Shown: positions 1-11,180 of the stretch, one piece after another
Layout: every line of letters begins with the position of its first letter
Position numbering within the stretch: position 1 is the first letter of the stretch
Source: Cladosporium halotolerans
Lineage: Eukaryota
Assembly: GCF_011745625.1 (NCBI RefSeq)
Contig: NW_027191493.1
Span: 1 to 64,000, forward strand
Direction: 5' to 3'
DNA: 64,000 nt
Translations under genes and position numbers: made by a program
Notes under the pieces: generated by a model
Database searches by the model: none
What the model saw: only the letters and a program-made list of their open reading frames with translations
What the model was told of the DNA's origin: nothing

Positions 1-358
1 CCCCCCTCTTTCCCAAAATGCGCGCCGCTCTCCGCTCGCTGCATGTTTCGCTGAACGAAGCCATCCAACAGTCGCGGCAATAGCCCTCAGGAACATTCGC
101 CGTGGTTGAGACACGGCCCATTCGTGCTACACAAGTAGCAAGAAGACGAAAGGTAGTATTGAACATGATCTGTACATTCGCGTGCCCTCCGTGGCTTGCC
201 AGTACACAGGAATGCAGGCCTTACGCAAAGTGGTAGTGGGTAAACAGTCTCATTGTTTCTTTTGTTGATCTAACAAACATTTGCCGGGAGACACCTTCAA
301 GAAGAAGCTCTTCACAAATGTGTTTGAGACATTCAACAATCAATCCATCTAAGCAATC

Positions 359-2120
359 ATGCCTTATCGGCGCAGAGTTAAGGGCGGTCCGTCAACGCCA
401 TCTTCCGCAAAATCTGGAGCTGCAGGAAGCCGCCAACGCGCAAGAATACATGATACAGCCATAGGGGGCTCCTCGACCCGCCAACAACCAGCTACAGGAA
501 GCAGACAGTCGTCACCAGGCAAAAGGCACGTCTCCTTCGACCAGAGGCTCGAGCGAGGACCGACACCATCAGATCCTCACAAGCGATCAAATCAAAGCCC
601 TTCCAGATCTGTCCTCGCAAAGCCTCACGAGGAGAGAATGAGCGCGATGGCTGATGAGCAACTCGCACTGGAGGCTCAACAGGCAGCGGCTTCAGGAGAC
701 GGACATGGTGGTTGCCATCCTCCTGGGACTGCGTGTGTTGCCGAGAGCTCCAAAGGGAGAGATTCTCATGAACAAGCTTACATCAAGTTCAAGCAAGCCA
801 GAGGCGGGGTGCGACTGATGAAGATCGCCACAGAGGAAGACAGAGACCAAGAAGTCTGCCGAAGGATACACGAACTCCGTGCCGACATAGTCAACTTTGC
901 CCAAACCTTTGTGGCATCGACTACTAAGCGCAGCTCCAAACCACAAGACCCTGTCATTCGCCTTTGCAGTGATGCCAAGAACGCACAGTTGATTCGTTAC
1001 ATCGGGTGTCTCACTCAGGGCGGACCTGACGGAGTGCGAGACTGGCAAAATCTACTGGTCGATGCGTCAATTTTGACCGCTTTAATCGTCGGCATTATCG
1101 GGACTGTTTTGAAAGAGCACGTCTTCTCCGCGCTATGGTTTGGAGGCACGGCACAGCAGAATGAAGAGCTTCACCGAATGCAAGAGAGTCAAGCCGAAAC
1201 AGATGGTGAGAGAACATGCTAAAATCTATCTCTGCGTCGTACTTACCCATGCGCTAGGTTATTATCGGACCCAAGCACGAGCAATGAAATGCGCTTACTT
1301 CCGAGGAAGAGCAACCGCACAGACATTGCTGGACCACATTGCTGCAGATCGCAAGATAGCGATCGCGTTGGAGAAACTCCTGACGCCTTTGTTTTACTTG
1401 AAAGATGTCGAGCAGCGTGGCTTCCCTGAAAAGCTGAAGCCCCGCCTTGTCGACATCGTTCACAACGCCAGCGACATGAGCCGCGAGATGCGTGAGTGTG
1501 GAGACGCGATTTACTATTGGCCTCCAACGTTCAAGGACGGTGAGTGTCTCCAGTTTATCATGATGTGTCCGATGTCCTACGCATCTTCATGAAACTAACT
1601 CGGCATAGAGGAGTTCGATCCGAAACGAATGGAATGATTGAACATCGAAGCGATGATACGCGAAAGTCCATACAAGAACGAGGTCGTGCAAGGCCACACA
1701 AGATCTGTCCTCGTCGGCGCTGCCGACCAATCCGAAGCCATCGTGAAAGTTGTGGCTTTCCCAAGCCTCGTCGTGCACAGGAAGGGCGGCGGAGACCTGG
1801 CTAAAACACTTCTCGAGGAAGAGAGGCAGACTGATCGCACCATGCCTCCGGACGTCTTCCAATCTCGACGCAGGTCAAGGGACAGCCCTTTTGTTATGAC
1901 CGGCAAAGAAGGCTACAGGACACGATTGCTATGCAAGAGTGTTGTGCATTTGATGTGGGGCAGGCAAAGGCTGTTGACGAGAGAGGCTGGGACGTCGAGT
2001 CATTTGGATGCCATGAGGGATGGAAATGAAGCGAAGTATGACGATGATAGGAGAGGCTGGGTTGAGCTGTACGACCATTTCATGGAAACCAATGTGGTTG
2101 CCGCTGCTGGGTTGTTGTGA
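359..2120 (+). CDS. Hypothetical fungal protein, 3 exons (introns ~1206-1257, ~1540-1608)
   Basis: ORFs 359-1222, 1140-1592 and 1638-2120 join in frame through GTGAGA..CTAG and GTGAGT..ATAG introns (..PPTFKD|EEFDPKRME..). Disordered N-terminus; no family recognised. Confidence 0.75.
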
Positions 2121-2442
2121 AGCGCATAAGCGCAGGTTTTGGTGGGCGAACTCATCTTTGATAGAACGACTTTTTTTCATTTACTCCTGGTCAAGTCAAC
2201 TCGTTTAGCATTGCCAAATTGAAATGATGGACGCAGTTTATGTTGCCTTGTCATTGTGCACGCCCTATGTAAATTCTCTCCGCTCCGGCTCCACTCATCA
2301 CGAAGCAATGCGGGACCAGTGCGAACGTCGCCCAAACAGGCAGGTGTCAAGTGTCATCTGTTGGCTACTTCTCTCAGTTCTGCCTGACCGCAGTATACCG
2401 TACGTTTGAAGACCACATAGACCAACCATCATCGTCATTGAT

Positions 2443-3768
2443 ATGGCCTCATCACCTTTCAACGTGGAGGCAGTGCGGGCCCAATTTCCTGCCCTGGCTC
2501 ACAAGCAAGTCTATTTCGACAATGTAGGATCTTCAGACATGCTGCCGCAATAGAACTCAGCTGAAGTCATCTTTCATCACAGGCTGGCGGAAGTCAAGTG
2601 CTGAAAACCGTCATCGACTCCATCGCGAACTACCTCTCCTCCAACAATGTCCAGCTCGGAGCCTCCTACACCATCGCTCGGGAATCCACCCGCCTGTTCG
2701 AAGAAGGATCTGCCGCTGCGGCCAGATACATCAACGCATCACAAGATGAAGTCGTACTCGGCCCATCTACAACGCAGCTCTTCCGCAACCTAAGCCTCAG
2801 CCTGTACGATTACATTACCCCCGACTCCGAAATCATCGTCAGCAAGCTCGACCACGAAGCCAACATCGCCTCCTGGGTCCAGCTAGCCGAGTGGCGTAAA
2901 TGCAAGCTCATCTGGTGGGACTCGCCCGACAAGCAGAACCCGCACCTCGACACCGACGTCCTCAAAGGTCTGCTGAGCCCCAAAACGAAACTCGTCACTT
3001 GCACGCACACGTCCAACATCCTCGGCACGATCAACGACATCGCCTCCATTGCCGACACAGTTCACACCGTCCCCGGCGCCCTGCTCTGCGTTGATGCGGT
3101 CGCTTACGCGCCTCACCGCGCCATCGATGTCAAGGCTCTCGGTGTCGATTTCTACTCTTTCTCCTGGTACAAACTATACGGTCCGCACATTGCTTCGCTG
3201 TACGCCTCGCGTTCCGCGCAGAAGGTGATGGGGACGTTGGGCCATTTCTTCAAGCCTACTGATGGGCTGGAGAACAAACTTGGTCTGGCGGCGGCGAACT
3301 ATGAGCTCACGGCGTCGATTCCGGAGGTCTGTGAGTATCTTCGCAAGACGCCTTGGGAGCAGATCGCGGCGCATGAGGAGAAGCTGCAGGGTGTGCTGAT
3401 CGACTACCTCAATTCGAGGCCGGACATATTCACGATTTATGGCGAGCCTGTCGCCGATAAGACGAAGCGCGTGCCTGTCATCAGCTTCACGGTGAAAGGA
3501 AAGAACAGCAAGGATGTCGTGGATGCTATTGAGGCGAAGAGCGATTTTGCCTGCCGGTGGGGGGCGTTTTACTCTAATCGACTTGCACAGGATGTCTTAG
3601 GGCTCGATCCTGTCGATGGCGTTGTGAGGGTCAGTCTGCTGCACTACAACACAGGTGAGCCATATCGACAATTTTCATTTAGCATTTTCCACGACGCGAG
3701 CTGACAAAATCGTAGTGGAGGAGATCACTGGTTACGTGAAAGTGCTCGATGAGGTCGTTGCTTCGTAG
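2443..3768 (+). CDS. PLP-dependent class V aminotransferase / cysteine desulfurase-like protein (introns 2524-2582, 3655-3715)
   Basis: Motifs VRAQFPAL, YFDN|AGGSQ, LDHEANI, SNILG, VDAVAYAPH, FSWYK (PLP lysine) and VRVSLLHYNT|VEEI. Confidence 0.9.
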
Positions 3769-3946
3769 CTACAGCTTGAATAAGATGCTCTTTCGTCATC
3801 AATGCTCTTGATTCGTCAGAAACAACTGTACAGCCGCGGACGAAAGATCGCACTGCAAAGAGGAAAAGTAAGGAAAATCCCAAGCCGTATCATCATTCCC
3901 GAAAAGCCTCCCATCGTACGGCAATATTCATAAAACAATGTTGGCA

Positions 3947-5593
3947 TCAACGGCCTCTGTTCACTCTGTCCTTTTCGTACGCAGCTTTCTCCTGGGCCGT
4001 GGGCCGGTCGTCGCGAATCGGGCCTTGACCCGAACAACGGACAAGCTTGAAGCGGTACCGCTGACGTTTCGCATTTGAAGGATCGAGACATTCTGACTCG
4101 GTCACTGAATAGAGCCCATCGTAGCGGACACCTACCTCTGGTGCCCAATCCGATGGGCAATTGTGCGAACGTAGAAGCCTGACCGGCTGACCGTTACGCA
4201 CGTTCTCGAGCATCATCTTCGTTTCGGCTGAAGGCCCGTTGGTGTCTTTGATGTTGTCAGTGCCGCAGTAGAGCACAACCTTCCCTTGGTCCTCATTAGG
4301 GTACTGCACGCCAGAGGTGTCTTTGCCGCCAGCCATAATGACGGAATAAGCACCATCACCCGGAGCACATGTGATTCCCGACATGCTGGACCCATGCGCC
4401 CCGTCGCGTAGAGCAGCAAGCTGCGATGGAAACCACGCGCCATTTAGGAGCAGACCATTACCGTGCTGCTTGGGATCCATCAATCGGTACTGACGATAAT
4501 CTTCCATGAGACTGTCTGCCCCGCCCTCACTGTTCCTGCCCTTTATCCCGAGATTGATGCCTCTGAAAAGGTCGGTTGCGAACATGCGAGCGCACCACTT
4601 GTTGTAAAGCTCTTCAGAATCGGCTTTGATGGCGTATGGCCACTGGATGCCCTTTGAGAACGCCGCGTCGAACAGTCTCGGTAAACCACGATCATTGTCT
4701 AAGATCCGGTGCTTTTTGAGAAGAGTTTCGTTGACGGTCACGAAAGGCAACGTGTGCAGCATATTGATGATCTTTCCGTCCAGGGCTGCGGTTTCTTGCA
4801 GAGCGTCCGCTCTCTCACGTTGGTCAATAGTCGACTTCAGCCGACTGATTACCGAGTCCGCATCACTGTGTTTGGGGTCTCGTGTGCCATTCGCAGGACG
4901 TTTCGTATCGATGTACCACTGTGGGGGCTTTCTGTTTGCGTCCAACCTGTGAACATGCGCGCTTGGCAAGCCACTCCTAGAGACGCTGAGGTCACTCTGA
5001 GGAGCGACAGAGCTCCTTTTCCGGATCTTTGGCAGAGCTGCGCGACCTTCCTGTGACGGGAAACCATCTGCAGCGCGCTTATTTCGGCTTGGCAATACGT
5101 TTGTGCTCGCATTATGGATGCTTCCGCTACCGCTACGTGAGCGCACACCTTCCGCGGTGTTTGCGGATGTTTCATTTTGAGGTGGGCTGGTAGCTTGAGA
5201 GCCTTTCATTGCGATCGAGCATTGGCGCGGTTTTGCAGAAAACGGTCTGCTGACGGGAGAGGGCGCAGCAGAAGACTGCCGCTTGGTATTGGTCGGGGCC
5301 TTGGCGATCTTATACTTTCGAGTACCCCAGCCTTGAAGCGGATCATCACTCTCAGACGTTGCAGATGAATGTCTGCGAGAGCGGTCGTTTGAGTCGGCCG
5401 GGCTTTGATGATTCTCACCGGAAGCCTCACTGGCATTGACGGCGGCGTACTTTCGCGCAGCCTCCTTATTAAAATCGGCCTTGACTTGGTTGTAGTACTT
5501 TTCCTCGTACATCGCAGATTTGCGAGCTGCTTCAGCTTTGGTGCGGTCGTATGCTTCTAGCCATATCGGGTCCTTGCGCTTCTCTTCGTCCAT
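3947..5593 (-). CDS. SRA-YDG domain protein without recognisable RING or SET domain
   Basis: C-terminal GAHGSSMSGI..GAYSVIMAGG..EDQG..LYCGT..PVRLLRSH..GVRYDGLYSV..YRFKLVRCSGQ. First ATG (MDEEK) at 5593. Confidence 0.85.
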   Translation of the reverse strand: MDEEKRKDPIWLEAYDRTKAEAARKSAMYEEKYYNQVKADFNKEAARKYAAVNASEASGENHQSPADSNDRSRRHSSATSESDDPLQGWGTRKYKIAKAPTNTKRQSSAAPSPVSRPFSAKPRQCSIAMKGSQATSPPQNETSANTAEGVRSRSGSGSIHNASTNVLPSRNKRAADGFPSQEGRAALPKIRKRSSVAPQSDLSVSRSGLPSAHVHRLDANRKPPQWYIDTKRPANGTRDPKHSDADSVISRLKSTIDQRERADALQETAALDGKIINMLHTLPFVTVNETLLKKHRILDNDRGLPRLFDAAFSKGIQWPYAIKADSEELYNKWCARMFATDLFRGINLGIKGRNSEGGADSLMEDYRQYRLMDPKQHGNGLLLNGAWFPSQLAALRDGAHGSSMSGITCAPGDGAYSVIMAGGKDTSGVQYPNEDQGKVVLYCGTDNIKDTNGPSAETKMMLENVRNGQPVRLLRSHNCPSDWAPEVGVRYDGLYSVTESECLDPSNAKRQRYRFKLVRCSGQGPIRDDRPTAQEKAAYEKDRVNRGR

Positions 5594-6466
5594 TGTGGAC
5601 AGTAAATTGAGACAGTCAAGGGTGTTCCCCAATCGCAACTCTCAGGTGCGTAATTCCTGGTACTACATGCAGCGTCAGTCACATCAGCTATAGAAGCATA
5701 GTCGATTATGGCGAGGAGCGATGCCACGAAAATAAGGAGCCTCGTCAGTTGCTAGGAATGTTGCATCGCCCGAATGATGCGACACGGAGGCTGATTGCTA
5801 GGCAATCACAAGCATAGTCGAAGCCTCAACTTACAGCTCAACTGGTTAAGGCCCAGACTATAGACTGAATCTGGTATGAGCGAGCGATTGTTTGTCCTGT
5901 AGAGGTGGCCGGCGGAGTTTATAACCTCAATACAAGTGTTCGCAGACGCTGCCTACTGGTAGCTCCTATGGCTATATTGGAAGTTCAAGTCCTACACGAA
6001 GTCGACCCGTGACTGAGGACGTGGTGTAAATGCGATCTCAAGGTCGCAATGTGGATGTGGATGTTGATATGTCCGCCCCACAAGGCGGCAAGTCCGGAGC
6101 GCGCCTCTATACTGTAAACTGTGTTTACTGCCTTAGGCACTTCTCGGCTGAGGACGGCTTGAAATGGCTTTACATCACTTTAACTTGCTTTCACATGTGA
6201 TAATTCACTTTAATCCTGTACATTTTCCTTCCAGGCGGTGAGTACATAATATAAGAAGCGAAGTATCAAGTGACTGAGCCTTATTGCGATTGTGGTTGCT
6301 CTGTAGCTAAAGTGGATTTGGCCGACGTAGGAAATTTACACAACAGGGAGGTTTAGATCTATGAGCGGCCGAGCCTAGAAGAGGAACCGGGGATTCTAAT
6401 GATCCAACCGAATACACAAGAAATTCCAACTCCGCATGAGCCAGGCTGCTGGAACGCAAAACAGGA

Positions 6467-7633
6467 CTAGGGTATATCCGTTGTTTCATTTGTCTCGAGT
6501 ATAAACCTCGCAACCGCTTCTTGTCCTTCTCTTCGCGTGGTTGCCTCATTGTGCAGGGCACCAATGACATTCACTCTCTTAATCACAAGTTTCGCATCTT
6601 CACAGACCTTTTGAATCTTCTCGGCCTCTTCCGCAGGGACAACCTCATCTCTGGTGGCGGCGACTAGTAATACGAGGGGTGGCTTTCGAGCGCCTTCACC
6701 TGATACGCGTCTCAGAGCTGCTTCACTGTCCCAGTGGCTGCGAAGGAATCCTGACAAGTAGCGATAAGGAAGCCAGCGCTCTGGGTATAGAGCCAAGAGC
6801 ATGCTCTTCACGCTTGTGAACGGAGTCTCGAGGACCAAGCCCTGTATGGGTAGGCCGCCCTCTTGCGTCACGTGTTGGGCAGCGGCCGCACATGCCACGC
6901 CAGCGCCCAGGCTTTGACCCCAAATTACGATGCTGGCATTAGGGTGAGTTGCTTTGATCCATGCTAGCGTAGCCTGCGCGTCGAGCTTGATGCCAGGCTC
7001 AGTGGCGCGACCCGAGGACGTCCAGTAGCCACGGTAGGATAGTGCAACCAGTGTAAAGCGAACACTTTCGCCAGCACGAGACTGAACGAGCTTGATGGTA
7101 TTCGACAGCAGAGGCAGTCTAGGAGGAGTCGATCCGCCATTACCTTGAAAATAGCATATGACCACCTCCTTTCCAGGCACAGCCTCCACATCTTTGCGCG
7201 GTATTGAACCAACAGCTAGAGCAATGTCCGTTCCATCAAGACTCTGAATGCGGTGTTCCTTCCATTCTACGGGCTTGCATGTCGCCGCGTAGTCCTCAAT
7301 CGTCTCAGATCGCGTCCGCGGCGGCATGTATGACATGTATAGTATCTTTTCCTGGAAGATCACCGTCATTAGGCACTTGTACGTCCATAGTGCCAGAAGA
7401 AGGCCGGTGAAGACTACCGGTGGGACAAGGAAGGTCGGAAGGGAGGTCAGGAAGGGTCTCGTTTGGGGCCGGTTCAAGGCGAGCTGAGAGGGGAATTGCC
7501 GTCTCGATCGCGGTCCATTGAGTACGGCAGGGCGCTTGACCGTCGATGTGTGCAGCCTTCGTCCAAATTTCAAGGCGGAGGCGCTTCCCAGCACCACGCT
7601 GATTGCTGGTCTGGATGCCTTCTCGGCAAACAT
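6467..7633 (-). CDS. Bem46/ABHD13-family alpha/beta hydrolase
   Basis: N-terminal TM segment then FQEKILY; YFQGNGGS, SYRGYWTSSG, GQSLG nucleophile elbow, LETPFTS, DEVVP, ALHN. First in-frame ATG at 7633. Confidence 0.85.
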   Translation of the reverse strand: MFAEKASRPAISVVLGSASALKFGRRLHTSTVKRPAVLNGPRSRRQFPSQLALNRPQTRPFLTSLPTFLVPPVVFTGLLLALWTYKCLMTVIFQEKILYMSYMPPRTRSETIEDYAATCKPVEWKEHRIQSLDGTDIALAVGSIPRKDVEAVPGKEVVICYFQGNGGSTPPRLPLLSNTIKLVQSRAGESVRFTLVALSYRGYWTSSGRATEPGIKLDAQATLAWIKATHPNASIVIWGQSLGAGVACAAAAQHVTQEGGLPIQGLVLETPFTSVKSMLLALYPERWLPYRYLSGFLRSHWDSEAALRRVSGEGARKPPLVLLVAATRDEVVPAEEAEKIQKVCEDAKLVIKRVNVIGALHNEATTRREGQEAVARFILETNETTDIP

Positions 7634-8025
7634 CTCAAGGCGAGGTGCTCCATGGCGCCATGGCGTTGATAAAGTCAATGCACCATCAGTGCTTCAAAGT
7701 GGTTCTTCGAGTATGCGGCACTAGAACGGCATTTCGATGACCCTGACAGATCGTTTCTCAAAAGCGCTAAGAAAGAGATCCCACGATCGCACCCAGCATG
7801 CCGCTTATGCAATGCCTCCGACCAGCTCACAGTATTGCATTGAGGTAGTGGGAAATCTGAAAATCACCTCAATGACATGTTTCATGTCTATACATTATCA
7901 CATGGCTGGCAAGAACATGCTGTGCAGCTTGATCTTATTCTTCGGAGTTTCAAGACAGCGTTATCGGTGACGATCGCGTGGATGTGGGGAGCAAAAAAGA
8001 TGACATGCTTTGGGCGCGCCCGCAT

Positions 8026-8032
8026 TGACTCA
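8026..8032 (+). promoter_or_regulatory. Gcn4/CpcA (cross-pathway control) site TGACTCA upstream of HIS4
   Basis: Perfect TGACTCA ~140 bp upstream of the HIS4 ATG, with TATAAA at ~8094. His genes are classic Gcn4 targets. Confidence 0.65.
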
Positions 8033-8172
8033 GTCTCGACCCGTACTACACAACCAAACATATCGTACCTTTACTAGCACAACACCAAATCTCTATAAAG
8101 CGAAGGACCACACAGGAGTTCGTGTCCTTAGAACAACACCTTCCCCTGCAGTAGTCACCAGAACCGCCCACC

Positions 8173-10815
8173 ATGGCTCAGGCCGAGCATCTTCCCTCGT
8201 TTCTGGCCGCCATCGACCTGACGACCTACACCGGCGATGTGAAGGAGCTTGCATACACCGGCGGTCTTTTCGCTCAAGCGACCACTTCAACACTTGACCA
8301 GGCGTTCGCGATCCTCAAGGACACTGTTGGTCGCATACCGATCTATCTGGATGTCTCTGCTCTCGATGAGCAGCAGGATGTTGTTGACCTGCTTGACGCT
8401 GGAGCGGCCAAGGTCTTCGTCTCTGGTACACAACTGTCTAGCCTGGACAAGGTTCCCAACTTGGATTCGAACAGAATCGTAATCCGCCCTACCGGTGACG
8501 GCGACGCTAGCGCAATCCTCGAGGGCACATCCTATGCAATTCATCTCAACGTCGCGGACGCTACGACTGTCGGCAGCATCCTGCAAGAGCTTGGAAAGAA
8601 CAGACCGCCTGTCTACGTCTCAAAGGCACAGATTACAGAGGAGGATGCGGTAGAGCTCGGCAGGCAGGGCGCTGTTCCCATTGTCCCTGCGCAGCAATTC
8701 ACAACGGCGGCGGAGCCCGCGGACGGTCAGGTCCGCATCTCACGTGTGCTGCTAGCCAACGCAAAGAGCGACAGGCCCGATGGACTTCTCACTACATTGG
8801 TCACGGACGAGAGGGGTATCGCGCTTGGACTGGTATACAGCAATGAGGAGAGTGTGGCGGAGAGCTTGAGGTGCGGTCGTGGTGTATACCACAGCAGGAA
8901 GCGAGGACTCTGGCGCAAGGGTGATACCAGCGGTGATTGGCAAGAGCTTGTGCGCGTGGAATTTGACTGCGACAGTGATTGCTTGCTTGTGGTTGCGCGC
9001 CAGCAGGGTCACGGTTTCTGCCACCTTCAGACTGCGACTTGCTTTGGCGAGTACCGTGGCCTTTCGAAGCTGCAGAAGACGCTTCAGAGCCGCAAGCGAT
9101 CGGCGCCCGAAGGCTCGTACACTGCTCGTCTGTTCAGCGACTCTAAGATGCTGAATGCGAAGATCATGGAGGAGGCAGCAGAGCTCTGCGAGGCGACCTC
9201 GAAGGAAGACATCGCTGCTGAGGCCGCTGATGTGCTTTACTTTGCCCTCACCAAGGCCACTGCTGCTGATGTGTCACTTGAAGACATTGAGCGCAACCTT
9301 GACGCAAAGAGCGTGAAGGTCAAGAGGAGAAAGGGCGATGCCAAGGGACCTTACGCAGCGAAGTTTGGCGTCAACGGCGCCGCTCCTGCAACGAATGGCG
9401 AGCCTAAGAAGGAGGAGATCCGCGAGGCAGAGTCGAAGCCTAAGAGCAAGGAGGATCCCGCTGGCCTCAACAAGGACGGCAAGATCCAGATGCGTCGCTA
9501 CGACACCACAAAGGAAACTCCTGCGTTGATTGAGGAGGTCCTCCAGCGTCCTTCCCAGCGAAGCACCGACAAGATCATGGGCATCGTCCACCCGATCATC
9601 AAGGACGTCCGTGAGGGTGGAGACAAGTCACTTCTAAGCTACACCCACAAATTCGAGAAGGCGACTAGCCTCACATCACCTGTACTTAAGGCGCCATTCC
9701 CCAAGGAGCTTATGGAGCTGTCGCAAGAGACGATCGATGCCATCGACGTGTCCTACGAGAACATTCGCAAGTTCCACGCCGCACAGAAGGACGAGAAGGC
9801 CCTGGAAGTTGAGACCATGCCTGGCGTTGTGTGCTCACGCTTCGCTCGCCCGATCGAGCGTGTCGGTCTCTATGTTCCTGGTGGCACCGCCGTCCTGCCT
9901 TCCACTGCCCTCATGCTTGGTGTTCCTGCTATGGTCGCTGGTTGCAAGAAGATTGTCATTGCTACCCCGCCTCGCTCCGATGGACGCGTGACTCCTGAGA
10001 TCGTCTACGTTGCGCACAAGGTCGGCGCCGAGAGCATCGTGCTTGCTGGTGGTGCTCAAGCTGTCGCTGCTATGGCCTACGGCACTGAGAATGTTACGAA
10101 GGTCGACAAGATCCTGGGCCCTGGCAACCAGTTCGTCACTGCCGCGAAGATGATCGTCTCCAACGACACCTCGGCCAGCGTCAGCATTGATATGCCTGCC
10201 GGCCCGTCCGAGGTCCTGGTCATTGCAGACAAGACTTCCAACCCTGCCTTCGTTGCCTCAGACCTGCTTTCTCAGGCCGAGCACGGTGTTGATAGCCAGG
10301 TCATCCTGATCGCGGTCGACCTCAATGAGGCCCAGATCCAAGCTATCGACGACGAGCTCCACAGGCAAGCCATGGCCCTGCCGCGTGTCGACATCGTCCG
10401 CGGTGCCATCGAGCACTCCGTGACCCTTCTCGTCAAGGACATCGAGCACGCCATGGAGCTCTCCAACCTCTACGCGCCCGAGCACTTGATCCTGCAGGTT
10501 GCCGACCCGGTAGCAGTCAGAGAGATGGTTTTCAACGCCGGCTCCGTGTTCGTCGGCGAGTGGACCCCAGAGTCCGTCGGCGACTACAGCGCCGGTGTCA
10601 ACCACTCTCTCCCGACCTACGGCTACGCTAAGCAGTACTCTGGCGTCAACCTTGGCAGCTACGTCAAGCACATCACCAGCTCTAAGCTGACGGCCGACGG
10701 CCTGAAGAACGTTGGCAAGGCTGTCATGCAGCTCGCTAAGGTCGAAGAGCTTGAGGCTCACAGGAGGGCTGTGGAGATCCGTTTGGACCACATGCAGAAG
10801 GCTGGTGGCTCATAG
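8173..10815 (+). CDS. HIS4: Trifunctional histidine biosynthesis protein (PRA-cyclohydrolase / PRA-pyrophosphohydrolase / histidinol dehydrogenase)
   Basis: 880-aa ORF with LWRKGDTSG..DCDSDCL..FCH (HisI), SYTARLF..KIMEEAAEL (HisE), and GLYVPGG, DMPAGPSEV, QAEHG, APEHL, ESVGDY (HisD). Confidence 0.97.
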   Translation: MAQAEHLPSFLAAIDLTTYTGDVKELAYTGGLFAQATTSTLDQAFAILKDTVGRIPIYLDVSALDEQQDVVDLLDAGAAKVFVSGTQLSSLDKVPNLDSNRIVIRPTGDGDASAILEGTSYAIHLNVADATTVGSILQELGKNRPPVYVSKAQITEEDAVELGRQGAVPIVPAQQFTTAAEPADGQVRISRVLLANAKSDRPDGLLTTLVTDERGIALGLVYSNEESVAESLRCGRGVYHSRKRGLWRKGDTSGDWQELVRVEFDCDSDCLLVVARQQGHGFCHLQTATCFGEYRGLSKLQKTLQSRKRSAPEGSYTARLFSDSKMLNAKIMEEAAELCEATSKEDIAAEAADVLYFALTKATAADVSLEDIERNLDAKSVKVKRRKGDAKGPYAAKFGVNGAAPATNGEPKKEEIREAESKPKSKEDPAGLNKDGKIQMRRYDTTKETPALIEEVLQRPSQRSTDKIMGIVHPIIKDVREGGDKSLLSYTHKFEKATSLTSPVLKAPFPKELMELSQETIDAIDVSYENIRKFHAAQKDEKALEVETMPGVVCSRFARPIERVGLYVPGGTAVLPSTALMLGVPAMVAGCKKIVIATPPRSDGRVTPEIVYVAHKVGAESIVLAGGAQAVAAMAYGTENVTKVDKILGPGNQFVTAAKMIVSNDTSASVSIDMPAGPSEVLVIADKTSNPAFVASDLLSQAEHGVDSQVILIAVDLNEAQIQAIDDELHRQAMALPRVDIVRGAIEHSVTLLVKDIEHAMELSNLYAPEHLILQVADPVAVREMVFNAGSVFVGEWTPESVGDYSAGVNHSLPTYGYAKQYSGVNLGSYVKHITSSKLTADGLKNVGKAVMQLAKVEELEAHRRAVEIRLDHMQKAGGS

Positions 10816-11143
10816 GAGAATGGAAAAAGTTGTAGAGTAGACTTATTAGATTTTATGTGAATACGCGCGTTAATGGTACCTCGAGAATCAGACTCAGCTT
10901 GCGCGTCGTGTTGTTTCCGTGTGCGACGATGGTTTCAACCGTCAATTCCAGCCCAAATGATACCTTTATTAGATAATCGTCAGCCACACCAGGCTTGAGA
11001 GATGCGCGTCGTCAGAGCACCCTATCAACATTTTTTTTGGCACCAAATAGGGTGTTTGATTATCTCTAAAGCCTCTAAGAATATTGAAATCTCATCGAGG
11101 ACACCAAATCGCTGCAACAAGTCAGCGGATTTCGAGATGAAAG

Positions 11144-11180
11144 TTAGGATTGAGGGTTAGTAGGGTTAGGGTTGGGGTAG
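11144..11180 (+). repeat. Degenerate interstitial telomere-like (TTAGGG) tract
   Basis: TTAGGA-T-TGAGGG-TTAG-TAGGG-TTAGGG-TTGGGG-TAG. Confidence 0.5.

Noticed and set aside
3766..3783. TAG-CTA readthrough-like context at the aminotransferase stop
   Set aside because: The extension would end LQLE, which is not a PTS1, and the efficient motif is TGA-CTA.
11150..11180. Telomerase RNA template candidate
   Set aside because: It lies in a ~520-bp gap between convergent genes. There is no clean TAACCCTAA template and no room for a ~2-kb RNA.
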